A stretch of 64,000 nucleotides of DNA, from assembly GCA_048128005.1 (NCBI GenBank), contig JBEUKZ010000108.1:1-64000 (forward strand), read 5' to 3'. Shown in pieces: positions 14,527-27,300 of this stretch (position 1 is the first letter of the stretch; each line of letters begins with the position of its first letter). Below the pieces are notes generated by a model. It was given only the letters and a program-made list of their open reading frames with translations. It ran no database searches and was not told where the DNA came from. A program made the translations under genes and the position numbers. The stretch comes from Veleropilina oligotropha. Its lineage: Eukaryota.

Positions 14527-16005
14527 TTGTTGATAGCGGCCCACAGAAAGCCGTATGTGTGCTACTGGGTCCATGTGTCTGTTGATAGCGGCGCCACAGG
14601 AAGCCGTATGTGTGCTACTGGGTTCATGTGTCTGTCGATAGCGGCGCCACAGGAAGCCGTATGCAGGTGTGCTACTGGGTCCATGTGTCTGTTGATAGCG
14701 GCGCCACAGGAAGCCGTATGTGCTACTGGGTCCATGTGTCTGTTGATAGCGGCACCACAGGAAGCCGTATGCACGTGTGCTACTGGGTCCATGTGTCTGT
14801 TGATAGCGGTGCCACAGGAAGCCGTATGTGCTACTGGGTCCATGTGTCTGTTGATAGCGGCGCCACAGGAAGCCGTATGTGCTACTGGGTCCATGTGTCT
14901 GTTGATAGCGGCACCACAGGAAGCCGTATGCACGTGTGCTACTGGGTCCATGTGTCTGTTGATAGCGGTGCCATAGGAAGCCGTATGTGTGCTACTGGGT
15001 TCATGTGTCTGTTGATAGCGGCGCCACAGGAAGCCGTATGTGTGGTACTGGGTCCATGTGTCTGTTGATAGCGGCGGCAGTGCAGGAAGTCATATGCACG
15101 TGTGGTACTGGGTCCATGTGTCTGTTGATAGCGGTGTCACAGGAAGCCGTATGCGCTACTGGGTCCATGTGTCTGTTGATAGCGGCGCCACAGGAAGCCG
15201 AGTGTGTGCTACTGGGTCCATGTGTCTGTTGATAGCGGTGTCACAGGAAGCCGTATGTGCTACTGGGTCCATGTGTCTGTTGATAGCGGCGCCACAGGAA
15301 GCCGTATGTGTGCTACTGGGTCCATGTGTCTGTTGATAGCGGTGTCACAGGAAGCCGTATGTGCTACTGGGTCCATGTGTCTGTTGATAGCGGCGCCACA
15401 GGAAGCCGTATGTGCTACTGGGTCCATGTGTCTGTTGATAGCGGCGCCACAGGAAGCCGTATGTGTGCTAATGGGTCCATGTGTCTGTTGATAGCGGCGC
15501 CACAGAAAGCCGTATGTGCTACTGGGTCCATGTGTCTGTTGATAGCGGCGCCACAGGAAGCCGTATGTGCTACTGGGTCCATGTGTCTGTTGATAGCGGC
15601 ACCACAGGAAGCCGTATGCACGTGTGCTACTGGGTCCATGTGTCTGTTGATAGCGGTGTCACAGGAAGCCGTATGTGTGCTACTTTGTCCTTGTGTCTGT
15701 TGATAGCGGCGCCACAGGAAGACGTATGTGCTACTGGGTCCATGTGTCTGTTGATAGCGGCGCCACAGGAAGCCGCATGTGTGGTACTGGGTCCATGTGT
15801 CTGTTGATAGCGGCACCAGTGCAGGAAGCCGTATGTGTGCTAGTGGGTCCTTAATTGTGTCTGTTGATAGCGGCGCAAGTGCAGGAAGTCGTAAATATAT
15901 GTGTGCTACTGGGTCCATGTGTCTGTTGATAGGGGCGCCACAGGAAGCCGTATGTGTGCTACTGGGTCCATGTGTCTGTTGATAGGGGCGCCACAGGAAG
16001 CTGTA
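14527..16005. repeat. Minisatellite, 51/53/57-bp unit GTGCTACTGGGTCCATGTGTCTGTTGATAGCGGCGCCACAGGAAGCCGTAT, about 27 copies
   Basis: Directly visible; it generates the repetitive ORFs at 14506-15982. Confidence 0.96.
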
Positions 16006-16226
16006 TACATTCTACTCACGACAAGGATATTGATGTTAAATATACAAATTTTACGAACAATATGTATGACATCCATCTGACCATTCTCCTCTTCGGTCTC
16101 AAGTTCCATAGCCATATATGATCTTCCGAACATAAGAAAGTCTAACGTAAATGTTTGCCCAGAAAGACGTTATTCGGTGTTTTTGAAAAATTCACAATAA
16201 TAAATTAAATTTCTATTGCAGCAAAA

Positions 16227-16499
16227 ATGCCAAGTAGCTTCCATTTCACCCACGCCATTGTACGAAAAGCATGCTACAGTCTGCAGACCCGAGCCATTCG
16301 GCATACGCGTATAGACATCAACCGTGCCCGGAGACAGCACGCCTTATACATGGACATCCTGCAGAGGTGTGGCCTCGACGTCATCGTCTTGCCCCCAGAG
16401 GAGCAGTATCCGGACAGCGTGTTCGTGGAGGACTGCGCCCTCGTGATCGGGAACACGGCGTTGATAACCCGACCAGGTCGGCCCTCCAGACGCGGAGAG
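16227..16499 (+). CDS. DDAH: DDAH gene A, coding exon 1
   Basis: Acceptor ttgcag ends at 21 nt of line 16201 (16221), followed by caaaaATG. Translates MPSSFHFTHAIVR...YPDSVFVEDCALVIGNTALITRPGRPSRRGE, containing the DDAH PDxxFxED and ITRPGxxxRRxE motifs. Donor GAG|gtatgt, phase 0. Confidence 0.95.
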
Positions 16500-16873
16500 G
16501 TATGTGCTGGAAGAATTTTACATTCGAATAATATTCTGGTAAATTAAGAAAAGCACGAAAAATGTATTCCGTAGGATATTTTGGGCGCTGGAATGCTTTA
16601 AAATTTCACTAAGTCTATAACCTGTCTTGGACAAGAAATGACCTCTAGAATTACCAAAACTGGGATATCAGCTTTCAAGATTATTTCAATGTTGTTCGAT
16701 TATAATAATATTACTTATTTCATATATTACAATAAAGAATTGACTTACTCGATGGAGCTTCATCCCGGATTTATATTGACATAGGCTACCAATAGTTTAC
16801 GCCTAATGTATTCTGTCAATTAATAATGGATGTAGCGAACGATGTAGAAAATTTGTCTAATTCAATTTCTCAG

Positions 16874-16973
16874 GTAAATGAGGTTCGACGCACTTTTCAG
16901 AAGTACAACATGCAAATAAAGGAGGTCGAGGGCGCTGATGCAACCGTAGACGGGGGAGATATTCTATTCACAG
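16874..16973 (+). CDS. DDAH: DDAH gene A, coding exon 2
   Basis: Acceptor tttctcag|, then VNEVRRTFQKYNMQIKEVEGADATVDGGDILFT(G), then donor |gtgaat. Contains the DGGD motif with the catalytic Asp; 100 nt, phase 0 to 1. Confidence 0.95.
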
Positions 16974-17018
16974 GTGAATAAGCATGGATCCAGAAATCTC
17001 CTCAGACTATTCAATATA

Positions 17019-19437
17019 TAGAGGATCTCAAACGAGTTTCCATTTCATACGAGAATTATGAAACGAGTTGGGCACAATTTATGTACCGAGCCTTGGCGAG
17101 GTACATAAATTTGCTGACGAGTTTCATAATTCTCATATGAAATGGAAACGAGTTTGAGATCTTCTTTATCACATGACTTTATTTACCTTCAAATTCATTT
17201 TTTACGTATTTAAACTGATTTCTTTACGTTTTTAAATTTATTTCTGTCAGTATTTTCAGTCATACAATGGCCTGCCCCAGACGCATCACGCCTCGAGAGC
17301 ACGCGCCACGCCAAAATACACACTTACGCAAATAAAAATAGTCCGGTAATTTGTTACTAGCTCAGACGTCTTTTAGTCCAGGACCTTTAAGAATTTGTCA
17401 GGAAAAAATTGCAACAGAAGCTTTCTTCGTATTTTTGTAATCCTTTGGGTGTCTACAATCACCATGAAAAAGTGCTAAGCGGTAAAAATTCAATTAACGA
17501 ATATATGCCCATTAACCTAACATACCCCTTTTGGCACAAAACGGGCCCATTTTGTGACTGCATTCTGTATTAATGGTAATATAAACCAAATGATACTAGT
17601 AGTCCTTGGGCCAATATATCAAAACATCCCTCTCTTGGGTACTTTTATCCACTATGTTTTTTCTGAAAGTCAAAGTCCACAGGTTTCATAATCTGCTTGT
17701 CTACCATTAAACTGGCGGTTGGTATGCTCAGCAGGTCCGTTGCCATGGCAACGCCGTAATTATAAATTGGAATTTTATAAAATGTCACATATTTGTAACT
17801 AAACAACATAAACACACAATCGAAGTGTCTAGGTATATATATATATTTAAGGCTGTCTAGGTCAATTAATGTCACGGTTATGTCTGATCAAGGTTGTTGC
17901 CATGGCAACGCCCTGTTGAAATATTCGATTTCGGGAAAATGTGTTTTGGCATCAAAACTTCACAAAAACACATTCTATGTGTCTAGGCATTTATATTTGA
18001 AGATGGTCAGTCGATTGCAATCAAGATGTGGGTCATTCAAGGTAACGGATATGCCTAATCAGAGCGTTACCGTGTCTAGGTATATATATTTGAAGATGCC
18101 CAGTCGATCGCAATCAAGGTATATGTCAATTAAGCTCACGGTTATGTTAATCAAGGTTGTTGCCATGGCAACCTCTTGTTAAAATATTTGATTTTGGGAA
18201 AAAGTGTAATATTATGGAATCAAAACTACACAAAAACAGGTTTTAATTAGTCTCTATGTATATATATTTGAAGATGCTCAGTCGATTGCAATCAAGATAT
18301 GGGTCATCGAAGCAGTCGTTAAGCACACGTTAATTAGGGATTGTCGTTAAGCAGAAATAGCATTTACGTAGCGTAACTCAATTCAATTCATTATTATCGC
18401 TGTAAACATATACATGATTTAGCTATAAACAATAAACAGTATTATTATGCTGTCAGGTGGTAAAGTCATTTAAGTAGCGTAACTCGAAACGCTCTTTAGT
18501 TAAGGACGTGCTTTGTGCACACCTTAAAACTGAAGTTAACGACAATTTCTAGTTGTTGTTGGGACCAACCTTTAACGCAGTCGTTAAATTATTCTAGCAA
18601 TGTTTTTCGATCAATTAAAAAATGCATCTTTTTGTCATTTATTGTCAAAGATGACACTCTCGAAGATCTTTGGACAGACGGTTCAAATTATTTGTATTAT
18701 ATTATAATGTGGTTATAATAATCCAGTTTTAAGGTGTGCATATATATAACGAACGTCTTTAACTAAAGAGCGTTTCGACAGCATAATAATATTGTTTATT
18801 ATTAGCTAAAGCATGTATATGTGAATTTGTGTTGTTGATCTGTTACCATATATGACACTAGTATTTCAACAGGGCGTTGCCATAGCCACGGCCCTGAGAC
18901 ATAACGTGACCTTAATTGGCCCATATATATATATATATTAATTACAATCGACTGGGCATCCTCATTAGTGCATAAAACAAAAGGTGAACATAAACATTTA
19001 AAAGGCGATCATATATAAGAAAGGATTTGGAATTATTGGAAAATGTCATTTTTCAGTATGCTGTTTGATGATATACAGTAGTCTCACGTACATTTATGGC
19101 CGTAATTTTTTTTCTGAATATTTATTGCTTATGACGTTTTTTTGGTGAAGGGGAACATGTTGCTGATGCTAAAAATACCACTAAAGCTTCTGTTGCAATT
19201 AGTTCCTATTTCAGCCTATTTGGCTAATAAAGGTCCTGGACTATTTGTTTTGTCAGCAGACGTTAAGTCAACGCGTATATATGCATTATTCAATATGTTA
19301 ATTTAGAAGGCTGACAATTGCCGTAAACTGGTCGGGCGTTGTCGACAAACCTTTGAATCGGGAAAGGGCGATTAACCACAGATCCCAAGAGCAACATATG
19401 TAGCTGAAAAATGGCTAAATGATAGCATGCATAAGAT
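17019..19437. mobile_element. Foldback element with a terminal palindrome of about 145 bp (host of the Academ-like insertion)
   Basis: Palindrome at 17019-17165; a second copy lies in opposite orientation at 60020-61416. Confidence 0.7.
17374..19243. mobile_element. Non-autonomous DNA transposon, Academ-like, in gene A intron 2
   Basis: TIRs TAGTCCAGGACCTTTA / TAAAGGTCCTGGACTA; inner inverted repeat TTGCAACAGAAGCTT; 3-bp TSD TTT. The empty site is visible in the host copy at about 60170-60190. Confidence 0.75.
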
Positions 19438-19604
19438 ATGAACATGCCATCAATGTATATTCTAGTATCTTAATTATTCTGTACCAATACCATCAAACAT
19501 GTTACGGAAAACGATCAATGGTGAAGTATTAGGCCTAATTAACTGTGTAATACCTCTGTTTGTAAAGTATTTTACTACCAATTTTTTTATTTAATTCTTA
19601 CCAG

Positions 19605-19798
19605 GAAAGGAAATCATTGTCGGCTATAGTTCCAGGACGAACACTGGTGGGGTAGAAGCCATATCAAAGGCCTTTCCATCGTATGACGTCACAACGGTCG
19701 ATGTGGGGAAAATTCTGCATTTGAAAAGCGCCTTCTGCATGGCAGGCGACGACATCATATCGTGCGGAGATAGCGTGGCCGCACAGCAGATTATACAG
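19605..19798 (+). CDS. DDAH: DDAH gene A, coding exon 3
   Basis: Acceptor ttcttaccag|, then (G)KEIIVGYSSRTNTGGVEAISKAFPSYDVTTVDVGKILHLKSAFCMAGDDIISCGDSVAAQQIIQ, then donor |gtgggt. Has the RTN motif and LHLKS with the catalytic His; 194 nt. Confidence 0.95.
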
Positions 19799-20020
19799 GT
19801 GGGTCCTTAGCTGTCCCGTAAAGCATTGAATCAGCCATCATTTAAGGAAAACAAATGCTGAAACTAGGTATACCGGTAGTGATCTTTTTTTGAAGATATG
19901 TCTTCGATTGCGTAGTGTGCTATGATTTTCATGAAAACACCAACTATAAAGCGACTACAAATATATGTTCAATGAATATGGTCGTGAAATGAACTGATTC
20001 TAATCAAGCCATGCAATGTA

Positions 20021-20462
20021 CAGGCGCGGATCCAGGGGGGGGGGGGGGGGGGGCGCACCCGGCGAGCGCCACCCCTAAAGTTGGCCAAGCATACTAAAAT
20101 AATGTGTATAATCTGATACAAATGACTTTCGGAACATTATAAATAGGCTGTTGCAATGTAATAATGCAGGAGGGGGGATTTCACATCGTTAATTGTCAAA
20201 ATTTTCTTGCTCGTGGGGCGCCGACCCCACGCGGACAATTCGATTATGACAAAGTAAAATACAAATTTGACTCGTGCTATTTGAGTGACGGTGGTTCATA
20301 AAAAGTTAGAATGAAATATCGCTTTTGCCCTGTCAGAGTGCAGGAGAGGGGGTTTCAGGCTGTTGATTCTCAAAATGTTCTTTCGCGTGGGGCCCCGCCC
20401 CACGCGAACAGTTGATAGTAAATTCAGCCCCCCCTTAATCGAAATTCCTGGATCCGCGCCTG
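20021..20462. mobile_element. MITE (probably hAT-type) in gene A intron 3
   Basis: 16-bp TIR CAGGCGCGGATCCAGG / CCTGGATCCGCGCCTG. Related sequence at 28277-28590 and 31135-31167. ATGTA flanks both sides, but there is no clean 8-bp TSD. Confidence 0.75.
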
Positions 20463-20861
20463 ATGTATACATTTCGTCGCTTATTGGAGGTTTGCATTGT
20501 GTTGAAAACATATTTGTTTCAATAGGTCGGTTGGTTGGCAACATTGTTTTACGACCACTTTTAGCAATTTTTCAGCTGCATCGTAGTCGGGACACCCGGT
20601 TTAAGGTCTCACTCCGATCTGACCGACATACATTAGGGATATGCCATGCATCTATTAGTTTTAAGCGTTAGAATAGCCACGCCGGAGCGGGGGTTAGAAC
20701 CCACATCCTACCGTCTCACTTATCGTTTTTTCGACGCTCAACCAGTTGAGATATCGAAGACAGTTGTAATTGTTTCAATATGATTTATCTTTAATTAAAT
20801 GACCTACAAGACGTAGGCTATATGTACTTTTAAGATTTATAATTCGCATTAAATATTGCAG

Positions 20862-20990
20862 CAAATAAAACTACGTGCAAGATTCAAGTACCAGTTCCTA
20901 ACGCTGAAAGATAGTGTGGCCAATGTATTGTTCTTCAATGGAGTTTTGGTTCATAAAACGCGTCATATATGTGGCGACAAAGCATACCAG
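20862..20990 (+). CDS. DDAH: DDAH gene A, coding exon 4
   Basis: Acceptor attgcag|, then QIKLRARFKYQFLTLKDSVANVLFFNGVLVHKTRHICGDKAYQ, then donor |gtacgc. Has the ANxLxxNG motif; 129 nt, phase 0/0. Confidence 0.9.
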
Positions 20991-21330
20991 GTACGCGTCA
21001 TAATGACGTCATATAACGCGTCATATATGTGGCGACAAAGCATACCAGGTATTATCAAAATGACGTTATATAACACGTCATATATGTGGTGACAAAGCAT
21101 ACCAGGTACGCGTCATAATGACGTCATATATGTGGCGACAAAGCATACCAAGTATTATCATAATGACGTCATATATGTGGCGACAAAGAATACCAGGTAC
21201 AGTCGTAATGACGTCATATAACGCGTCATATATGTGGCTACAAAGAATACCAGGTACTATCGTAATGACGTCATAAAACGCGACATATATGTGGCGACAA
21301 AGCATACCAGGTACTATCGTAATGACATAT
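20953..21330 (+). repeat. Seven tandem copies (45-58 bp) of the gene A exon-4 3' end plus its donor site
   Basis: CATATATGTGGCGACAAAGCATACCAG|GTA recurs with the CAG ending at 20990, 21048, 21105, 21151 (mutated to CAA), 21196, 21253 and 21310. Confidence 0.95.
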
Positions 21331-21609
21331 TATTTTAAACTCGTGTGTTTAGAATATTGTTAAGTCAACTGCATGCGTCATTTGAAAGACGCTGAACTAC
21401 AAAAACACATGTCATGGTTCAATCCCCAAATATCTTAGACATTCCCCAGTCTAATTGAAATGTGTTCATCATTAACATCTGATTGCGGATCTTGTCAATG
21501 GCCTTGCTCTGTAATTTCAATTAAATCATTGAAAATTAATCATTTACAAATAGATTATTAAATTTTTACTTCTTAATTGTTGCATAACATGTTATTACTC
21601 CAATTACAG

Positions 21610-21741
21610 AATATTGTGGAGACCGTGAAAATACCACGTCACGAGATTTCGTTTGATGAGTTCTCCAAAGCAGATGGCTGTCTCACCTGCTCGTCCATAT
21701 TGTTTTCTCCGAGACGTAGACACGTCACCAGCTCAACGTGA
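21610..21741 (+). CDS. DDAH: DDAH gene A, terminal coding exon 5
   Basis: Acceptor attacag|, then NIVETVKIPRHEISFDEFSKADGCLTCSSILFSPRRRHVTSST*. ExxKxDGxLTC carries the nucleophile Cys. The joined CDS is 828 nt (275 aa). Confidence 0.93.
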   Translation, partial: NIVETVKIPRHEISFDEFSKADGCLTCSSILFSPRRRHVTSST

Positions 21742-21775
21742 CATATGACGTCATTAATCCAACTCTGTATTACCA

Positions 21776-21781
21776 AATAAA
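21776..21781 (+). terminator. Candidate polyadenylation signal of gene A
   Basis: AATAAA 35 nt after the stop codon. Confidence 0.45.
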
Positions 21782-22501
21782 TAATATGCAACAGGTGCTA
21801 CCGAGGGACGAGCACGCAGATTATATATAATATTATATACGTTCGTGAAATATAGCAATGGAATGTCTTTATTGATTACGCTTACAAATCTTCGCAAATA
21901 AATAACAATTATGTGCGAAATCGACCATGGCAAAGAATGCCTAGCAAAACTCTCATTGGTTGAATATTGCGTGACCTGTGGCATAGCAAAGACCCGACCT
22001 TACCGTAATACGTGGTTCGGCATAGTCCGCTTCAAAACGCGTGATGTCAGGTCGCGTAAATCGATCGTGGCAAGTTTCACGACGCGAGATTTCGTATCGA
22101 GATGCGCATAACCGGGAAAATAATTATATTTCCAGTTGATAACATCGGTTTTGAATCCATAGTATGTTGTGTGGTTATCTGCCCTTGATTTCGTTCGTTT
22201 GTCTTTTCCGTATACAGGTTAGTTAGTGTGAAGAGCTCCCACTGCGTGATCGCTATTATTTCATTTCGCGAATTCCGCGACGTCTGATTGGTCAAAATGA
22301 CGTCACGTTGAGTTTGTTTGACAAATACTCATGTCAAACTCGACGTTTTCGTATCACATTCAGTTAAAACAACATGATACAGATTGTCCAAACCTATCTT
22401 TGTGATCAGTAAAGGTTATATACAAACTCTGGAGTGGATCCACCGAGTGTGATATTGTCATAGCGAACAGTCGAGTAGAAATAAATTTTAACCCGGAAAA
22501 A

Positions 22502-24170
22502 ATAGAGCCAAGCTGAAATTTTCACAATTGATAGGATTGATGGTCTACAATAACATATCCAAAATCCTCTTAATTCCGATTTGAGAAAAAAAAGTTATGA
22601 GCATGTGAAAAAGTGGGGTATTTATCAAATGTTTCATTCAGATTTTGAACTATTTTTGAACAGTTACATAAGAAATATTTCGATAATGGTGATTTTAAGC
22701 ACTTTTTAAGTGTCAAGTGCGTCCATTCCAACCATTATCAAATTCTGAACATCGAAAATATCAAATAGCATTTTTTCCTGAATACAAAAATGGCAAATTT
22801 CAAGATGGCCGCCATCCGATTCCGGAATATCTTCAAAGTGCCGTATCTTTGTGAATAATTGTAATACAAACAAACATGTTAAATGTTAAAATGCATAAAA
22901 CAGATGTAATGATCATTTTTATGGTTAAATCCAAGATGGCCATCCGATTCCGGAATATCTTCAAAGTGCCGTATCTTTGTGAATAAATGTCATACAAACA
23001 AACATGTTAAATGTTAAAATGCATAAAACAGATGTAATGATCATTTTTATGGTTAAATCCAAGATGGCCACCATCCGATTTAGGAATATGTTCAAAATGC
23101 CGAATCTTTGCAAATAAATGTCATACAAACTTGCATGATGTGTCGTTTTCTATGTTTTCAAACAGTCTGAATCCATTTCAACAACATTTAAAATGCTCAA
23201 ATGCATAAAACTGATGGAATGGTCATTTTTATGGTTAAAATCCAAGATCGATGCCAATTAATTAAGTAAGTAGGTTGTATTATCTGGCCACGTCACGTTT
23301 TGATAAAAAATGACATACAAACATGTATTAAATGTCGCTTTCTCTGTTTTCAAACATTCTGAATCCGTTTAAGCCACAATTGTTTTGATAAAAAGTGTGA
23401 AACCTAATTTAATGGTTAAATCTGCAGGTATTTTGCAATTTTCAAACTCACTTTATCTTCACAGATGAAAATATAAGTTGGTACTCACGAAAAGGCACCA
23501 AAACTAAAAGGCAAACTCATTCAAGATGAAAACCTAATTAAAGTTATCTCCATAACCAAGTAACTGGAATATCTGCACTTGGTGCCATCAACGGAATGGT
23601 AGTCCACTACCTTGTCCAATCAAATTACTACGAACAGACATTGGATCCAGTTATACTCCTGGGTATGCTTCATGATCGATGTTTCCAATGCACACAGCAT
23701 CAATTCATTTCAACATTTCAAAGTTGATTGACCAGATTAATGACTGAAATCGCGTCAAAATCTGAGTTAACAACATTTTCAGCCTCATAGACACGGGTTG
23801 CTTCTTTGACATTTTCGCAAATATCTCCATGACGAAAGCAAGCGAACATACAATGCAATCCGTATTTTCGACATGAACATGCAGGAACTTGAGCTGCAGA
23901 GAAACTACTCGTGACGAAGCACATTTATAAGATCGCATGGAACTGGTTCTCCATCAGCCATCATATGTTCTAGTACTCCTATAACATATGAGACCGGGTT
24001 GACGTGCCTTCCCAACCCTGATTAGGAACTATAGCAGGCTCTAACGTTGTTGGAGTAATGTTCTAGATGTTCCTTCTCTAGCTTCCATCCTCATTGTTCT
24101 GCTTTCAAAGTTGTATTTTCAAAGTTGTATAGGTGCTTCCATATTTGTCCTTGTAGATATCCACGTTGGC
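22502..24170 (-). mobile_element. DNA-transposon 3' remnant with a Cys-rich C-terminal domain (possibly Academ)
   Basis: ACSCRKYGLHCMFACFRHGDICEN on the minus strand; repeated CAAGATGGCC subterminal blocks at 22800-23250; related fragment at about 55500-55675. Confidence 0.45.
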
Positions 24171-24294
24171 AACGAAAGCATGCTTCACTGCCAGTAGTGT
24201 ACTACAGTAAAATTTACATATTGGGATCTTAATATGACTAATAACATTAATGCCAATGCCGATGCGGTTTTGGTAAGTATATAGTAAAATAGAG

Positions 24295-24495
24295 CGACCG
24301 CCTCCGTGATGCAGTGGGTTAGTAAGTTGCTCCAGATCCACTTGCACTGACTGCGCTTATTCGAGCTTGTAGGTTCGAGATCGGCCGAATTGTATTTAGA
24401 CCCATCAGTCAGTTTACCGGGTATTCCGGCCTTTCCTCCAACGATGATATTGCCATATCCCAAAACGAACATAGCTGTTAAACGTGATATAAATA
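24295..24495 (+). mobile_element. Related tRNA-derived SINE
   Basis: A-box-like GTGATGCAGTGG, B-box-like GGTTCGAGATC, and core TTTACCGGGTATTCCGGCCTTTCCTCC. Confidence 0.6.
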
Positions 24496-24587
24496 ATGCA
24501 GCAGAACATATCCAAAGTCAAATTGGCTGAAAGTACATTGCCCAATTATGTCGCTGAAAATTTTGTCGATCGACCGAAAACCTGTTT

Positions 24588-24836
24588 GATGCTTAATACT
24601 CTGAATATTTTCAACCATCAGATTCAAGACAGGACATGTCCATATTATCGAAGGAGAAAAGGTCGGTCTCAATGCGAAACACGCCCTCTCTGGCCAGCCA
24701 CGGACAACTGCGATTGATAACCGAACAAAGAATGTTAATGCCCCAGCCGAGATTCAAACCCACTCATCTTAAATACCGCAATCCATAAAGTGATTTCAGA
24801 GTTGGCACTTCATGCCATACGACTATCGGGGAGGCC
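24588..24836 (-). mobile_element. Older SINE copy, same family
   Basis: Colinear with 56094-56340 (CAGGACATGTCC, CACGGACAACTG, GATTCAAACCCACT). Confidence 0.72.
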
Positions 24837-24879
24837 ACTTGTTTTGAAAATTGTATGCTATGCCATCATATAAAACGTC

Positions 24880-25190
24880 AATGTAGATTTGTGAAATGTA
24901 GATTTGTGAAATGTAGATTTGTGAAATGTAGATTTGTGAAATGTAGATTTGTGAAATGTAGATTTGTGAAATGTAAATTCGTAAAATATAAATTTGTGAA
25001 ATGTTGATTTGTAACATGTACATTTGTAAAATGTCAAATGTATATTGGCATACTAAAATTATAACCATCATTTAAAAAATATTAATGAGCGTTTTACATT
25101 TTCATTTTAAAATGTACATTTCACAAATGTACAATTCACAAATCTACATTTCACAAATTTACATTTTACAAATGTACATTTTACATTTTA
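24880..25190. repeat. 15-bp tandem repeat ATGTAGATTTGTGAA with an inverted, degenerate second block
   Basis: Forward copies at 24880-25040; reverse-complement copies (TTCACAAATCTACAT-like) at about 25110-25190. Confidence 0.85.
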
Positions 25191-26835
25191 ATATAAATAC
25201 TTATGGCGGGAATCCCTTCTATAGATACATACATTTTGAGTATGATCCACTTGGTTTTTAATATCAGCTTATTATTATAGAACGCAATCTGATTGAATTG
25301 TGCCTAACTGTAAATTCAATCAACATAAAACGGTGAAGATCAGATCGATGAAAACCTATTACATACCGGTAATTGATTTTCAAGTGAAATATAAACCGGA
25401 TAGGTGTTGTATCTTGTAGTCAAGCAGTTAGAAGAAGCCGTTATTTAAACATATATTCTTGTCGGTAGGTCTAATTGATAGTGTTGCACCAATCCTTGAG
25501 ATACGTCTCAAACAGCGAACAGAGTCTTGGATAACTACAGAAATGTTAAATACTACCAGTCAATGTGATTTGTATTAATATGTGTGTATATATTATATTG
25601 TTGTGTTATTGTAATTATGTATCTATTGAGCACAGAGGAAATGTTAATCTGTATATGCTTTCTGTGTTATCTTTGCTTGGTTGTGTGTCCTTGCTTAATA
25701 AAACCAATCAATCATATTTCGCTTAATTTAATCTATAACTCAATACGTCAATTTAAAACATTAATTAGTGGATGTTAGCTTTTATTACAGGATTTGATAG
25801 TCCCTAAAGTAAGTAAACTGACAAGACTATGCAATAAATAAAAATAAATATGGGTGTAATAAATGTCACCTGAAGCCCATTTTAGTGTTGGCCTACAAAG
25901 TAGAAGCATTCCCTTTAAGTTCGTGATTCATTATACTAGTAGTTCGAAATGTCTATTCAATGAAACTATCCGATGACCACATTTTACCTCAAAGTAAATC
26001 TAGGCATATTCGATTTGAATCATCAAATACTCCTAACATCAGTTCATCAAACGATATTTATAATAATTAAGCCTATATATTGGACAACAATTCTTCTCTT
26101 AAAGATTGTCTTGAAACTTTGAACGATGAGATGCTTTTATACTGATTACAGCGGAAATATTCCGCAAACGCGATTCGAATCATTGTTTTAGGCGTCGCAG
26201 TAGACCTACTTGAAAAGTCGAAATTTCGACTTTTTATTTTATTTCTTTGTGGCCCTTTCTACCTTATATATGATTTCATAGAATTTCGGATATGTTATTC
26301 TACATAAAAATATGGCTTTATACGGCTGTCGATGCTGAACAATGACTGAGCAATGAATAACGTCATGTTAAATTCATTATTGCACCTTACGGGTTATTCT
26401 AAGCGCAAAATAACCTGGATATTTGAAAAGCTGAGGAATAGTTTAATCATATACATTCATCTCAAAGAAATACTTGAAAACACTCGATTATCTCCCGCAG
26501 AAGCAAATGACGTCTAGCAGACGACGAGTAGTTTCATACGAAAACACTTCGCTCAGATTATGGCATCTTATTCTATAATTTGTTTATTGTCCCGTATAGC
26601 GGTTATATTGGGCCGTACTAAGAAACGAGCCACCAGATTAAACATTCCTTCCACTTTTCGTAGTATGGCATTTTCAATAATACATTTCAATAATGATACT
26701 TTTATCTTGCTTCGGAAAGTGATCCTTGTCAAGCGAATTGACATACGGGATGTTACTTTCTTTAGTACGATGTAGGCACAAAGATCACGAAAATCCCGAC
26801 CTCATTACAAATTATAATAATTGAAATTCTCATAA

Positions 26836-27300
26836 AGCCCTGTCTACGCGGTAGGTTTAGTTATAGGTTCCTCCTATATGATTCTCTTATATGGCATCTC
26901 TGTCCACACGGCAGGATTATCATACGGGTTTTTTGCTGTTCCTAGAAATTGACATTGACCTTATAGCAGCATCTTTGATGTTTGGAAGAGCGAAAAAAAC
27001 TGGAGGCAAGTGAAATGTATATAATTCCTTCTTCAGTGAGTATTATTTGTATTGAGAAGAAGACGGAGGAACATGAAGAGAAATAGATTATGCTGAGTAA
27101 AACCTGACTATCACTGGAGAGAAGACACCGTTTTGGCGCGCACTACACCTTTGTGAAAGATCCAAAAGTCTCAAAAAATTCCTCAGAATGAACAGGCCTA
27201 CCTTCAATGACCTGTATCAGAAAGTTTCACCTTTCATCACCAAGAAAGATAGTATCATGCTAATATCTATTCCATCTGGTTAAAGACTAGCACTGACCCC
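26836..27300 (+). mobile_element. PIF/Harbinger transposase 5' fragment
   Basis: KKFLRMNRPTFNDLYQKVSPFITKKDSIMLISIPSG*RLALT at about 27170-27298 matches the Harbinger N-terminal pattern FLRMxxxxFxxL...PxIxKxDTxMR...RLAxTL; disrupted. Confidence 0.75.

Noticed and set aside
14506..15982. Cys-rich repeat ORFs (CATGSMCLLIAAPQEAV)
   Set aside because: Mixed 51/53/57-bp units break the frame repeatedly, and ORFs appear on both strands, as expected for a minisatellite.
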